The notes under the pieces: generated by a model
Seen by the model: only the letters and a program-made list of their open reading frames with translations
Databases searched by the model: none
What the model was told of the DNA's origin: nothing
Program-made: the position numbers and the translations under genes
From: Orbicella franksi
Lineage: Eukaryota
Length of the DNA stretch: 64,000 bases
Assembly (NCBI GenBank): GCA_964199315.1
Contig: OZ116701.1
Span: forward strand, 3,782,001-3,846,000
Direction of reading: 5' to 3'
Shown: piece by piece, positions 21,000 through 33,235 of the stretch
Position numbering within the stretch: position 1 is the stretch's first letter
Layout: every line of letters starts with the position of its first letter

Positions 21000-23900
21000 G
21001 CACGTATCCTAGCAGGGATGAGTTCACACACGCGGTACATCTTTCCGAAATACTCGAGTGTGTTCGTGCTCGCTCGAAGAGATTCTCATCGAGCTCATTA
21101 TTGGCTGATAGTAATTATATAAACAGAAACTGGAAATTCTTCCGACAATCGGTTGTTTTAATACTGAAGTATCTATCAAAAAGACGAGACTTCCCAGGCA
21201 GAATCGATGAGTTATAAATATTAGTGGTTAGGTTTCTTCCGACGGTGTCTTCATAGAAAATCACAGATTGACGAATTTTTATGCCAGGCAGGTGATGTTC
21301 AACTAGTGATGTTTATTTATTTTTTTTTTTTTCTATTGACAATGTATTTTGACAATTTGATTGCAAAAATCGCTGAAATGGGGCAGCTTCTTTTGAGTTC
21401 TGCTCACTGCAAAGTGAAATTTATCACTATTTCTCGCCCAGAAGTTTTGATTTGGCGGTTATCTCGCTTCATGGCCAACTGACCGTGATACAATGTAAAA
21501 TTAAGCACAACGAGTGAAATAAGTATTACAACTAGTACTTGTGCAGAAATAAGACCTCAAATAGTAAGTGTCATAAGTATTATGTAATAATGACACGAGC
21601 TAACTGCAACGGCTCACACGAAAGCAAGTCAATTTGCCTTAATTTCAAGTATGATGAAAAATCATACACCGACATAGCATCTTTTCGTTGATCGATGTGA
21701 TGGTTTTAGGGGCTTAATACACAAGAACTTTTCGCAAGAAAATTATAAATTTGACAGAGCTTGGAGCGTTTTAAAATGATAGATCGTAACTCTGTGAGGT
21801 CAGATGTTGTCATGGTGCGATACTGAATCAGATTTGGGTTCAAATTAGCCTGTAATGGCTGAAGTAAAATTTAACAACCAGTAGCATGCAAAATAAGTAG
21901 CTTTAAAAAGGTGTGTGATGTAATAAACATTCGAAATTTTTGCGACGATAAATAGGGTTACTGTAATGAAAAAAACAAATTTATACCGGATGGGACGCTA
22001 GCACTAATAAAACGGAAGCCATGAAAAGGTTTTTTTGACGATGTTAAGAACGCTATTCGAATACGAAGTAGCTCTCTTGAATTAATGCATTGTAAATTAC
22101 GCTTTAAGATGTTTTCCAAAGATTTGTTGAGGTGATTTTTTTAATTTTAACCTAAGCTAGCTGAGAAAGCAAATATAATTGGCGCTTAAGTTGGGGTAAA
22201 CCTCACTGAAGATAGGACTTAAGTTTAAATTGCTGGGAAAACGATGTAAAATGGTGTAAATTTCAGTAAATTTCAGTTAATAGTCCTATAGTATCTCAAA
22301 TCTGTATCAGAAAGCTTGCGCCTTGCATGAATAATATATAACTTATATTCACAAAGGTCACAACGTGCAGGCCTCATGAATTTAAAAAATACGCGGATTA
22401 TATAATAGAATCAGTTGAAGGTGCAGCGATGGATCCGTCCTGAACGAGGAAATACAACAAATCTGGGGTCACACGAAAATAAAGCTAAGTCAGAGATGGG
22501 TGTAGATTCATAGTTTTCAGCATTAATTAGTTCTAAAAATGCGTAAGGATAAACTAAACAAGAAGTCTCTCTTGAAACTTTCTACACTTCTGAATAGTTT
22601 TGATTGATTTGTAAAGGATCTATAATTGAAAAGAACTTTAATCAGCTAAAGATCTGGCTATCGACAAAACAGTCTGTTCCTTAAGAAGAAGAATTTAAAC
22701 CTGACTGGCGAGATTTATAAACCAATCGAAGATTTCAATTAACTTATAGACTGAAGAAAACCCCTGCGGTTATAGGAATTTTTAACCCCTCTCATGCAAT
22801 TTTTTTATGATGCAGCATCATTTAGCGCGCTACAGAAGGTCGATTCGCCTTTTTTCTTTCTTATAACACAACTGCCAACATAAAATAATGAAGAAACAAG
22901 GAATTATAAGACTGAAACGCACCGCTTTGTAAGGGACAGACCAAATATTTCGATGTTGTGGTTTCTGACACGGCAGTCGGAGGATAATTTAGGTCTAATG
23001 GAGACTTTTTACCAAACTAATGTTTCGCCAATCTTTCAACCACAAACTACTACTCGAGACACGATCATTTACATTATTATATGAGGAATTTTAAGTTGAC
23101 TCTACACTGATGTTAAAAACGTAATCGTAAGCACTTTCATCAGAAGAAATATTTATTCAAATTTCGTTTTTGAGCCCTGGAAATCTCTCAACATGGGGTC
23201 CCTAAATAACAACAGTCTTCGGTTATCCAAAAGACAAAAAAAGACCGTAAATATTGGGTAATTGGACGTACCTACAATTTTATTTATAAAATCTCTCGTT
23301 GAATACAAGATCTTTAGTTGATGAAAAACTCGTTACTTCAACCGCAAACCGCTCGTAACCGTAACAACGTTTTAGTTCAAGGTACCTGCACTGTTTGAGA
23401 TCTCATCAGGAGATTTTATGGAGAAAATTCACGGTTATCTTTTTTTGAAACTTCTCAGCTATCCCACTCGTCATTTTAAAACGTCTTTCGATCAAAGAAG
23501 TCGCCTAAGTTAGAAATGAACACAAATAAAGGAAAAGAGCTGAGCTCTTATTGGTAACTGCAATCATTTCCGACAGATCATTCCGCCCTTAATGAGGTGA
23601 CCAAGGCGTAATTAGTGCTAGCCAAATAAAAATTTTGACACCCCATTTCCCTTAATATCAAGGCTTGCTGTTTCGCAATTACTGCGCAAAAGCCGCGCTA
23701 CAAATGGGTTCCAAGCCAACAAAGTGCGCCTTCGAATTTCCGAGTCGAATTTCGTGGAGTGAAGACTACAGAAAATACACATGCAGCGCCATTAAATTCC
23801 TCTATTAACTGGGAAGAAGTGTCAAACAGCACCAGTCCTCGAGGAATAGGTTTGCGACTTTCAAATTACATCTTTAACAAAGATAGCCTTGCCCATTTTT

Positions 23901-26900
23901 AATCGAAAATTTTAAATTACGTAGCGTGGGATTCTCGTCTAAACATTAGAGAACGCCTTATCTATACTGTATTTAGTAAAGGTATTATCAAGTTACATTC
24001 GTATAATGTAGAATGTTACTTTTATGAAACGCTTGTAACGTAAACCTAATTGAAGAAAACCATCTGCATATTATATTTTAAGAATTTTCTCTGGGACTTT
24101 TATTCAAATTGAGATCTATCCTTGGGACTAACATACGGAATATTGGCTTTGGAGACAGACATCCGGCGTTCTAATTGTCTGGAATCATTTCGTTTAAAGA
24201 ACTCTGCACGAATCGCTTTTATTGCAATGTGATTACGACTAGAAAAGCTAAGTCCATTACGTCAAGAAGAATTTCATCAATTTGGTAAACCCAATTTTTA
24301 GTACGAGATTTTCTTCTGCTAACACAAGTAAGGAATTGTTATTGTTGCTTTGGAAATCATCAGTTCACAAGATTTGGAATTCCTTCTGTTAAAATATGCT
24401 CATTGAAAGCTAAGAAATTCTCAGCTTCCCTCTGGACCCGCTTGGCAAATTTTTTCAATATCTTGAAACTCGCACCAATTATTCTAATATCCAGAATTAA
24501 GGACATCTCATTCAAATCTTTAAGCCGAATCCTTCGAGTACATTTTAGATACATTGTTGTATTGTATACATAACGAAATTTCGATACATTTCGGTGCACT
24601 TTATTTCTTAAACTTGTGAAATAAGCTTTGAAAGCTAAGATCTATTACAATTTGAAATATTTTCAGTGAGCAGCAATGAACGATAGAGCAAAAACTGGCG
24701 TAGTAACAAGAAAAAAACTTAGAATTTAATGAAGTGCTTCTTCAGTAGAGTTGGAGCATATATGATTGTTTTGTCTATGTTTTTTTTTTAATTACAACTT
24801 TATTCGGAGATCTTTCAAAAACAAAATTACTTAGAACAAAATAAACTCCAGTATTACTATGCAAGCTAGTTTTTTAATTTCAACTTGGGAAGATTTATTT
24901 CACATTACAATTTTAGAGATTTTAAACGCGTAGCATGCAGTAAGTGATTAAGAGAGCAAAAACTGATCTTCTCGCAGATATCATAAACGGCTTTCGTCTG
25001 TAAAGTTAAAGCAAACAAGGCTGTTCTGTCTATATTTTACTTAATTGCAACTTTATTCGACTCCTTTTAAAACAAAACTTTGCTAGGAAGGAGTAATCTG
25101 CAATATTTCAAATCAGACAAGTCATTTTTACTCGCAAAAGATAAAAATGGCATTCATGTCATTTCTAAAAGAGCGAAGCTGTGGTTCTCAATTTGACATT
25201 TCCTCCAAAACAAATAAACGGAAAAAAGAAATTTAAAAAATCTAAATTAAGACAGCTCCTGTCCCGTTAGTTGAATGAAGCTTTTTATTTGAAAAGATAA
25301 ATGAATCACTAAAAAACGCGCATTGTCGACAACTTCTGAAACGACTTTTAAAATCACTTACGTCGTGTTGTGCATTCGAGGAAGTTCCCTTTGAGGTCAA
25401 GCTTTTGTGGCCCTATTGCATGCGATTTCAAACTTCACTTTTGAATGTGTGAGGCGAGGGGTTTTCTTTTATTTAAGTAATATCGTTTCCGATTTTATCG
25501 GTCTCTTGTTTAGTACAAAATATTGCGATAAACAAATTTAAACAAGATAAATCATTAATAACAATGTTATTGGATAGCATGGAAATTTGCATGTGGCGAT
25601 CGATTCATGACCTCATTTTGTTGGTGCGCTGTTGGGGAACAAGTCCCTTTGAATCTTCAACCAATGATATCCAAGCAAATAAGATTAATCAGAAAGCCGC
25701 CTGTTAGCCCGTGTTATTAGAAAAGGATATATTAAACGTTGAGGGGACCGCTTTTTGCAGCAAAATTTTCAAATTCGTACGTGGCCCATCAACATATCTC
25801 TCTTTGCTTTGTAGCAGCCTGTCTGTCTTAATTGTTTAAACTACTGCCTTTTGTTTAGCTAGCGCGCTAGATCCGGCGCTGGGTTTCCAGATAACAATAT
25901 TCAGTATGTATTGACATTTCATTTGGTCTCTGACCAGAAACGTTTGCTTGCATCTATGTTCGAAATATTCCTCCAAGAAGACAAACACCAAGACATATTT
26001 GGTGGTTCATTCGGAGCAGGACGCGTTAGGTAGGAGTTTTGTTAACCATTGTTGCAGCGCCCAGCGGCCAGCCGGTGCGCGGAATAAAAAAATGGTAAAA
26101 CAGATGTTGCCGGTAAGATATTCCGGTTAGAACTCAAGTGTAATTTTATCTGCAAGCTTAAGCAGTGAATGTTTCCTTCTTGGGACTTCTATTCTTCGAT
26201 TGCTAAGCGCCGGCTACTTTAATTCCGGCCGAATTATTAGCTTTAAATTTTTATCCGACCTCCGGGCCAATATTGCCGCCATCAATAAATGAAACTTTTC
26301 TACGGCTTAGAAAAGTAAATGTGGTTTGTATGTCGAAACAGCATGTTCTGACTAGAGAGTCAGTTTGCTTGGAATAGAAAGCCTTATGGATTCTAATAGG
26401 TTTTTCGTTAATCGTCTTTGTTTCAGTGAGATGAAGTTGGAAACTCTGCAGCTTATGAGAAACATTCTGAAGAACAAGACTCGACGTTAATTCATCGCTA
26501 CTTTCGTGAGTTATGCCCTTGTCTATTTATATTTTATTCAGGAACCATTTTGAGTAACTTCTGTTTAGTTTGGAATGAATAATGATAAACCTACGTCTAT
26601 GGTATCCGGAATAATGTTTCATCTTTGTGTTGCATTGCTGACACGAACTCAGCTCTTTAGTGAATGGGACATTTTGTCTAACCTCGTCAAACATGCAGCC
26701 AAGAGAATAAATATTGTGGCATGGCTGTGTTAGACACGGATACACTGTTTCAGGAAGTCTATCACGAGAGAGGCCTTTTGGATTTATCGTAAATATATAA
26801 AGTTTCACAAAATGTATTAGGTTACAACCTCAAATACGTTCAAGTTGGGGTTCGTGAAATTCTATCTACTTGAATGTTTGCTTGAAGCACTAGTGCAAGG

Positions 26901-27858
26901 TGAAGTTGACAATTTCAAAACGCGTGCGGGTACGTTTCAAAAATTCGATGGTGCACCGCTTTGCCATTGTATTTTGCCGAACTAGTGTCAAGGGTTATTT
27001 TTTGTGCTTATATCGCCACAATTTCTCTCGGAGGGCGCGTCTTAAAAATATGAATCCCTAATAACTGCCTATTAAGTAGTAAACCTCCCTCTGGCCTAAG
27101 ACAAATAAAACTGAGTTGGCTTATTTGTTTAGGAATATAGCGCCAGATGAATAAAAATGAGCATTGAGCGACTTATTCAACTGCTTCTATACCGAAGACA
27201 CGTTTAACGCGATTTAACACACAGACATCCGTTAGAGGCAACGCATTTGTATTTACCCTAGATTTCTAGAGGAAGGAAATTGTTCTGGAGCGAGAAAAAG
27301 GTGCTACAAGATTCACCTAATACAGCGGATCTTGCTAATTTGCCTTGTTCGAAGTTGTTTATAGTAACATGTTTTGCTGAAGACGGCATTAGCATAGGCT
27401 TGTCAAGTTATTAGCAGTCGTGGAAAAGGACTGACTTTAATACATCGTGGTCATCAAATATTCTTTTTGAATCAGTTAATGCCGGTAAAATTGTGATGAA
27501 TGCTGGTGGCATCGTTTGATGTTGTTTCCATCGATAAAGCGCGAACGCAAAATTAAAATTGTGTGGGCGAAGACTACAAAACTTGCCAACTAAATTGCCT
27601 TTTAAACTCTCGTACATGCATTAATGTTTCCTAATTCTGACGAAAATTTAGCCTTGCACTGTAATTTGTTAATTCGGAGGGTCGACTATTTTCTCGCTAG
27701 ATTAATTGTCAAGAATTATTATCATCCTCTTAAAAATACATTTTCGCTATTGCCTGTGAATATTTTTATTTCTAAGATGTTTATTTGCAAATAAAAATTC
27801 GCTTTGATAACGAATGAGATAGTGGATTTTTAGCTTGGTTAATATTAAAGAAGATGGT

Positions 27859-28117
27859 GATTTTCTGTCAGTGAAACAGGCATACTCGGAGAGCCAAGAC
27901 CTCCTGGCTAATAGTCCAGATGTACTGTACCGGGAGCATCTCTGCAAGAGACCCATGGGAGCTGAGGCCATTAAACTAGGTTCAAATGATTCCAGTCTCC
28001 TGTAGCCAGTGGTAAAGCATCTAGATTAGTAACAAGAAGGTCTTAGGTTCGACTCCTAGATGGAGCACTCGGAATTCTTTTTCAAAGTATATGCCTGTGT
28101 CAGTGACAGAAAAAATC
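27859..28117. mobile_element. Palindromic element with two outward-facing tRNA-Thr-like arms
   Basis: Outer inverted repeats gattttctgtcagtgaaacaggcatac / gtatatgcctgtgtcagtgacagaaaaaatc. Right arm 27996-28066 is tRNA-like (A box, AGT anticodon at 28028-28030, T-arm ttagg-ttcgact-cctag) and is followed by a T5 run. Left arm is its decayed reverse complement. Confidence 0.75.
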
Positions 28118-28258
28118 ATATTTAATTTTCAAAAATTTGCTTTCTTTGGATTGTTACGAAGACGTGATATAACGAAAATGTCATATATGATACAGATGTC
28201 GTGCTATCCAGGTTAAAATTTACGAATGGCAATTAAAGCTGAAATACCATTTATCTCA

Positions 28259-28616
28259 CAGTGGTTGGGGTGTTATCAGTACTGTTCTTGTATAGAATGT
28301 TAATTCAAATCTCTCACTATTATGTTTCATTCAGCAACTGAACTTTCTTACGTTGACCCTTGTCAGTATCGTTGTTGTTGTTTTTGTTGTTCTTGTTTCG
28401 GTGTTCTTGTTGTCTTTTTTTGTTCAGTTTGCTTTTTTTCTCTTCTCGTGCTAACTGAAACACAATGCTGACGAAATCTCTAATCGTGACAACACATTTT
28501 AATCGTGCGGTCAGTCTTTGTAGTGTCAAATAGTCTCGCCAGCACGTTTCATCATACGACAACAGCAAAGACCTTTATCAGACCTAATATATAGACAAGT
28601 CAATCACCCACCACTG
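28259..28616. mobile_element. Old MITE-like element
   Basis: Imperfect TIRs cagtggttggggtgtt / aatcacccaccactg; (gtt)n low complexity inside. Confidence 0.35.
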
Positions 28617-29470
28617 TAATAGAAATCATGTGTGTTTTCGCACTATCAGTTTTATCTTAATGGCAGTTTTAATCAACAGCTATTATCCAACAGTTTATAA
28701 CTTCTTTTCCATTATGTTATTTGAAAGTTATTAGAGTGCCTTTAAAAAATGATGGTTTCGGCAAACGGCAAACAGAAATAATTGCCCCCAGTTTTCTTTT
28801 CCTCTTATCTTAAGATCGATCCAGCCAATTAATAGAGAGATATCTCCAATTCACAGCAATTCAGATACAAATATTTTCACTTCCGTGAGAAAACACCTTA
28901 AAACAGACGGTAAACGCCGTAAATTTAAGAGTTTACGGAGAAAAAAGTGGGTATATTCAGCAACTAGAAACACGGAGAAAGAAACACAGCTGGGGTATCA
29001 CGGCTGGAGACACATCCGTTGTTTCATATGCAATTTAAATGAGCTAAATTATTGTTTTTGGCGTGTGGCTATCATTTGGAATATCTTTTTCTCGCTTGTT
29101 ATCATTTTCGCCCATTAAGCTAGGTTTTCAGCCTACATTGAACATAAAATTGCAAACGAGGGGAAGGGAAAACATTTTAATTAACCTTTATTTTTATGTG
29201 TGTAACGTGTTTTTGGGTGCAGTATTGTCAAAGCTAAGAGATTTTTATTTTTATTTCTATTTCTTCAGTTTATTGTTTTCTTTTACTTCCCTGCTGGTTT
29301 AGGAGCTAGGTGATACAAAAAAAATGCTTTCAGGCATTGGTAGGCCAAAATTGCATAGTCTATTGTTATGTAGGTACAGTTATGCTGAAGCCAACGCTTG
29401 CTCTTATTGATTGACTTATGGTCCCGTGGCAATGGCTAAATCTAGATACTGTTTTGATAACTTTTATCCT

Positions 29471-29632
29471 AAGAATTCTATGGCAAATTCCCTCATTCAT
29501 AACAATTAACTCAGTGAGACCTAGCAATCCTGAAAATTTGAGGTCAAAAGCTTTAAATCCTTCTTGAGATATCTTTTCTCAAAGGTAAAAATAACTCGTT
29601 TTGAGCTCGAGAAAATGAGCTCAATACCTTAA
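29471..29632. mobile_element. Fragment related to the subterminal region of the Kolobok-type element at 62.1 kb
   Basis: Aligns by eye with 62490-62645, including the identical 21-mer aatccttcttgagatatcttt (29556-29576 vs 62573-62593). Ends in CC-TTAA. Confidence 0.6.
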
Positions 29633-31880
29633 GATTCAAATTCCGGTATAAAAACGAAAATTCCACATTTTTACAGAATTTCGGGTAGAATGATATCTGA
29701 GATCTGAAATGATTAGCAATTATTCCACGAGCGCACGTTGGATGTGAGATGATAGATATCCAACGAGGAGCATAGCGGCGAGTTGACTACTGAACCATCT
29801 CATATTCAGCGAGCACGAGTGGAATAACTGTTTTATTAAAAAACGCCCCCAGAATATAGAGAACTAAAATGAAATCAAAATAAAAACGTACCAAAAAATT
29901 ACACGCACGCTTACCATTTTTATAGAGCATGGTGTAATGGCTCATAACCCATGATGGCTAGACCAATGAAAACTCTCGAATTGCATTTTCCAATGATTCA
30001 GTTTTTGATAATTATCGATAGCTGCGAAATGGTCTGAAATTTTAACTTATGCCGAAAAATCGCCGAGAATGAGACTGAAAACTGAGATTCCAGTCCCTCA
30101 CGTTCATAGCTTCCATGTCGTTTGCTGTGTTTAGCTTTTAAATTGAGAAAAAAAACATTTATCTTATTCTTAAATCAGATATTCTTTCGCTTCATAACAC
30201 GCTTTGTTGTCGAAACAAAATCCAGCTGACATACATACTAACTTATTGATAAATTTTCAAAGGCTAAGAGTAACAAAGGAAAACTTTCTTTTGTTATGTA
30301 GGGAAACATGCCTGGTTTGTGTAACGTGGGTGGGGACTTATTATTAATTACCACCATCACTCTCTGGATGCCCAAACATTTATCTTTCTCAAAGTTACAA
30401 AATTCAAACCATAGAAGGGAATGAGAGGCACCGTTTGTGTGTGTTTTGCATCATGGTTTTGGGATGAGTTGTTGAAACTGTTTTCATCTTGTATTGTACT
30501 TCAGTTTTAGGAGTGTTCATGTATTCAGCTGTTCTCTCTTGTAGCAGTAAAATTATTGTTATTGATTTAATAGAAGGGTTGATGCAAATACTTCAATAAC
30601 GCTATTGTTTTTTACAATGACATGGTTTATTTGGCCACCCATTTTTCTAAATACTTCACATCTGCCAAGTTTCGTTCGATACACAGTAAATTAAGCACGA
30701 AAAGTAAATAGATGAGTTCGTAAGTTGGACCAAAACTTGTTGGCCTCGAACTGACTGACTGACACGACTTTGCCTCGATGTTGATATAAATTCCCTGCGT
30801 AGCTGACGTAATGTGTATTAATTATGAAACACCATTAGTGCCTGGATTATGTAAATATAATTCCGGACAATGATGTCTTTTTCAATTTCGTTCAAAATGA
30901 ACACAAAACCTTGATGCCTTGATGTTTTGGTAATGAGGGCTTCTCATGGTGACATCATAGTAGGAGAACTTTCAAACACGGCAAATTTACGACTTCCTAT
31001 CAAATCTCGTAAAAATTAATGAGTTGTAACTCACATTGCTGGCTTCAATAAACTGAATACTGCAACCAGCTAATATTTGGCGCCTTGCCTGCAAGTTTTT
31101 ATTGGAACTCAAGGTGAAAAGGAAGATATGTAAATTTGGAGATATTCTTCGCATTTCGTCGAACATCGATTTGATTTCCTTACCGAGAAAATCGTCACAA
31201 GGATTTCTAGAATATCAAGGCTTGCGGCTTTTTTCGCTGACATTTTTTTCTTTTTCCATCTTCAGAACAACAAGTTCAGGTAGGAAATTCATTAATTTAT
31301 AAAAGATGCTTATGATTAACCGTCTAACTGCAGGACACATTACGCCCGCCACATTTCACTCGCTAAAAATCCGATTTTGCTGTTAGAGTGCTTGAGTTTC
31401 TAGACGAATATAACAGCAGCTGTCGAGTTAAATCAGTTCAGACGATTTGACTCCTTTTCAAGTAAACGAAAGTTTAACTCGTTCGCTTAGTTTTAATTTT
31501 CAAAATGCGGTGCCAAGTTGTTGTTTGTAATGAAAATGGTAAATTGTAAAGAAATTTATTATGCATCAAGCGCCTTCGGTTATAATTTTAAGACTAAGAA
31601 CAATTTATTTTCAGTGGCATCGGCTTCGAGTTAAACGGGCATCCTTGAGCTGAGGATCCTGTGGTCGGCTCAGAGATTTTCGTAAAGGAGTATCTAAATA
31701 ACTTAATACACTACACAGAATAACTAAGATACAATCCAGATAAACTGACGATAAAACATTGCAAATCTGCAAACCTTTACGTTTATCAGTGGAATTTCAG
31801 AGTTATCAGTCCTAATAGGTAGAAAATGCTTAACATAGAGCAGTTTTTGCTACGGCATACATCAAATTTATAGACTTAAT

Positions 31881-31969
31881 TCATGAAAGTGAAGAATGAT
31901 CATCGCAGTTACTTTTCCAATTTAAGCAATTGGAAAGAAGAAGCCTGAAAAAATTCAGGGCTTCAACGG
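31881..31969. mobile_element. Truncated arm of the tRNA-cassette inverted-repeat family (relative of 44482-44772)
   Basis: gatcatcgcagtta..aatttaagcaattgg..aagcctgaaaaaattcagg matches the left arm at 44498-44562. Confidence 0.7.
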
Positions 31970-33114
31970 CAGAGAAGACCAATAAGAAAGAATTATAGCG
32001 TTATAGTTTCAACAATAAGAATATAATTCGGAAGCAAAGTTTATTTATTGGCTTATCTCTTTATCCTGAGTATCAGAATTGATTTTAACTCACGAAATAC
32101 CCTATTTTGCGGTATTAAACCGGTGCTTATCATTGCGGCATGACCAAGATGTTTGGAGTTTTATCTCAAGAAATATTATTCATTATCTATCCAATAATTT
32201 GGTGGTCGTTACATAAGGAGCTCATCTATTTACAAACCTTAGCTTGCAAGAGATGTTTTCGGCTATATACAAATACCTAGTTTATCTTAACGATTCTCCC
32301 AAAACAAATATTATAACATTCACCTGACACCATTAACTGTGGAAGAGATTTAAACAGGATGTATAATTTGCCACGAGGTGGAAGAGGTTTGAAATAAAAC
32401 AATCGGACTGGGAAATTTTAACTGAAGAACTAGCTGCAAAATCCTAAAGGAAATCAGTAAATAAAGACTGGAGTATTTTTCATTTCATTTCGTTAACACT
32501 TTGAGAAACAATCTTTTGTTATGCATTGAGTTTAGTGTTGTAAACTATGGTGTTCATTAAAAACAATAGTGCTTTTATTTAGCCGTGAGGTTCATGCTGC
32601 GACATTCTTCTTCTCGTTAATGAGGAAAGACTCTCAAATGGCTTGGAGCTTTGTTAGAGCACGGTTGTGAATGAGTCGATTGTATACCGACTGAACAGTT
32701 TAAGCCATTTTCTTACTCCTTTGATTCTGAAAAGTGATTAGCATCTTGAGGAAGATCTAAATCAATCACACAAACAAGCTACCCGTAAAATAATCGAAGA
32801 GACTTGTGTTACGGACCTGATTCCATATTTTTCGAATAGCTCTCAGTATCAAGTTTAACGTATACAATTATATCCTTTTATACATCAGCATCCTAGTTTC
32901 CTTGCAATAAGAATGCGTTCCTAGTGTACTGGTGACATGAATAAAAAAGAAAATATCAAATAGACCAGAGGATGAACTTGATTTAACACCAATTTCTAGG
33001 TGGTCGATAGGCAACGTTTAGTACACAAAATGACGGTGAATAACACGCAGTAAGGACTTGACATTTACAACACGGATAACATTGTGATTCTAATTACTGC
33101 GTTATCTCGTGGCC

Positions 33115-33235
33115 TGTGGCATTGTGTCTTGTTTTAAGGCAAGAAACGTTTCTCTCACAGCGTCTCTATACCAAGGGGTGCTGGATACCAGTGAAAAATC
33201 ACGGACCCCTAACCAGACATAATGCCATAGGGGGA
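33115..33235 (+). mobile_element. Decayed SINE body fragment (same family as 3188-3501)
   Basis: gcattgtgtcttgttttaaggcaaga..ctctcacagcgtctct..ccaaggggtg..ggataccagtgaa resembles the reverse complement of 3345-3430. Confidence 0.5.
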
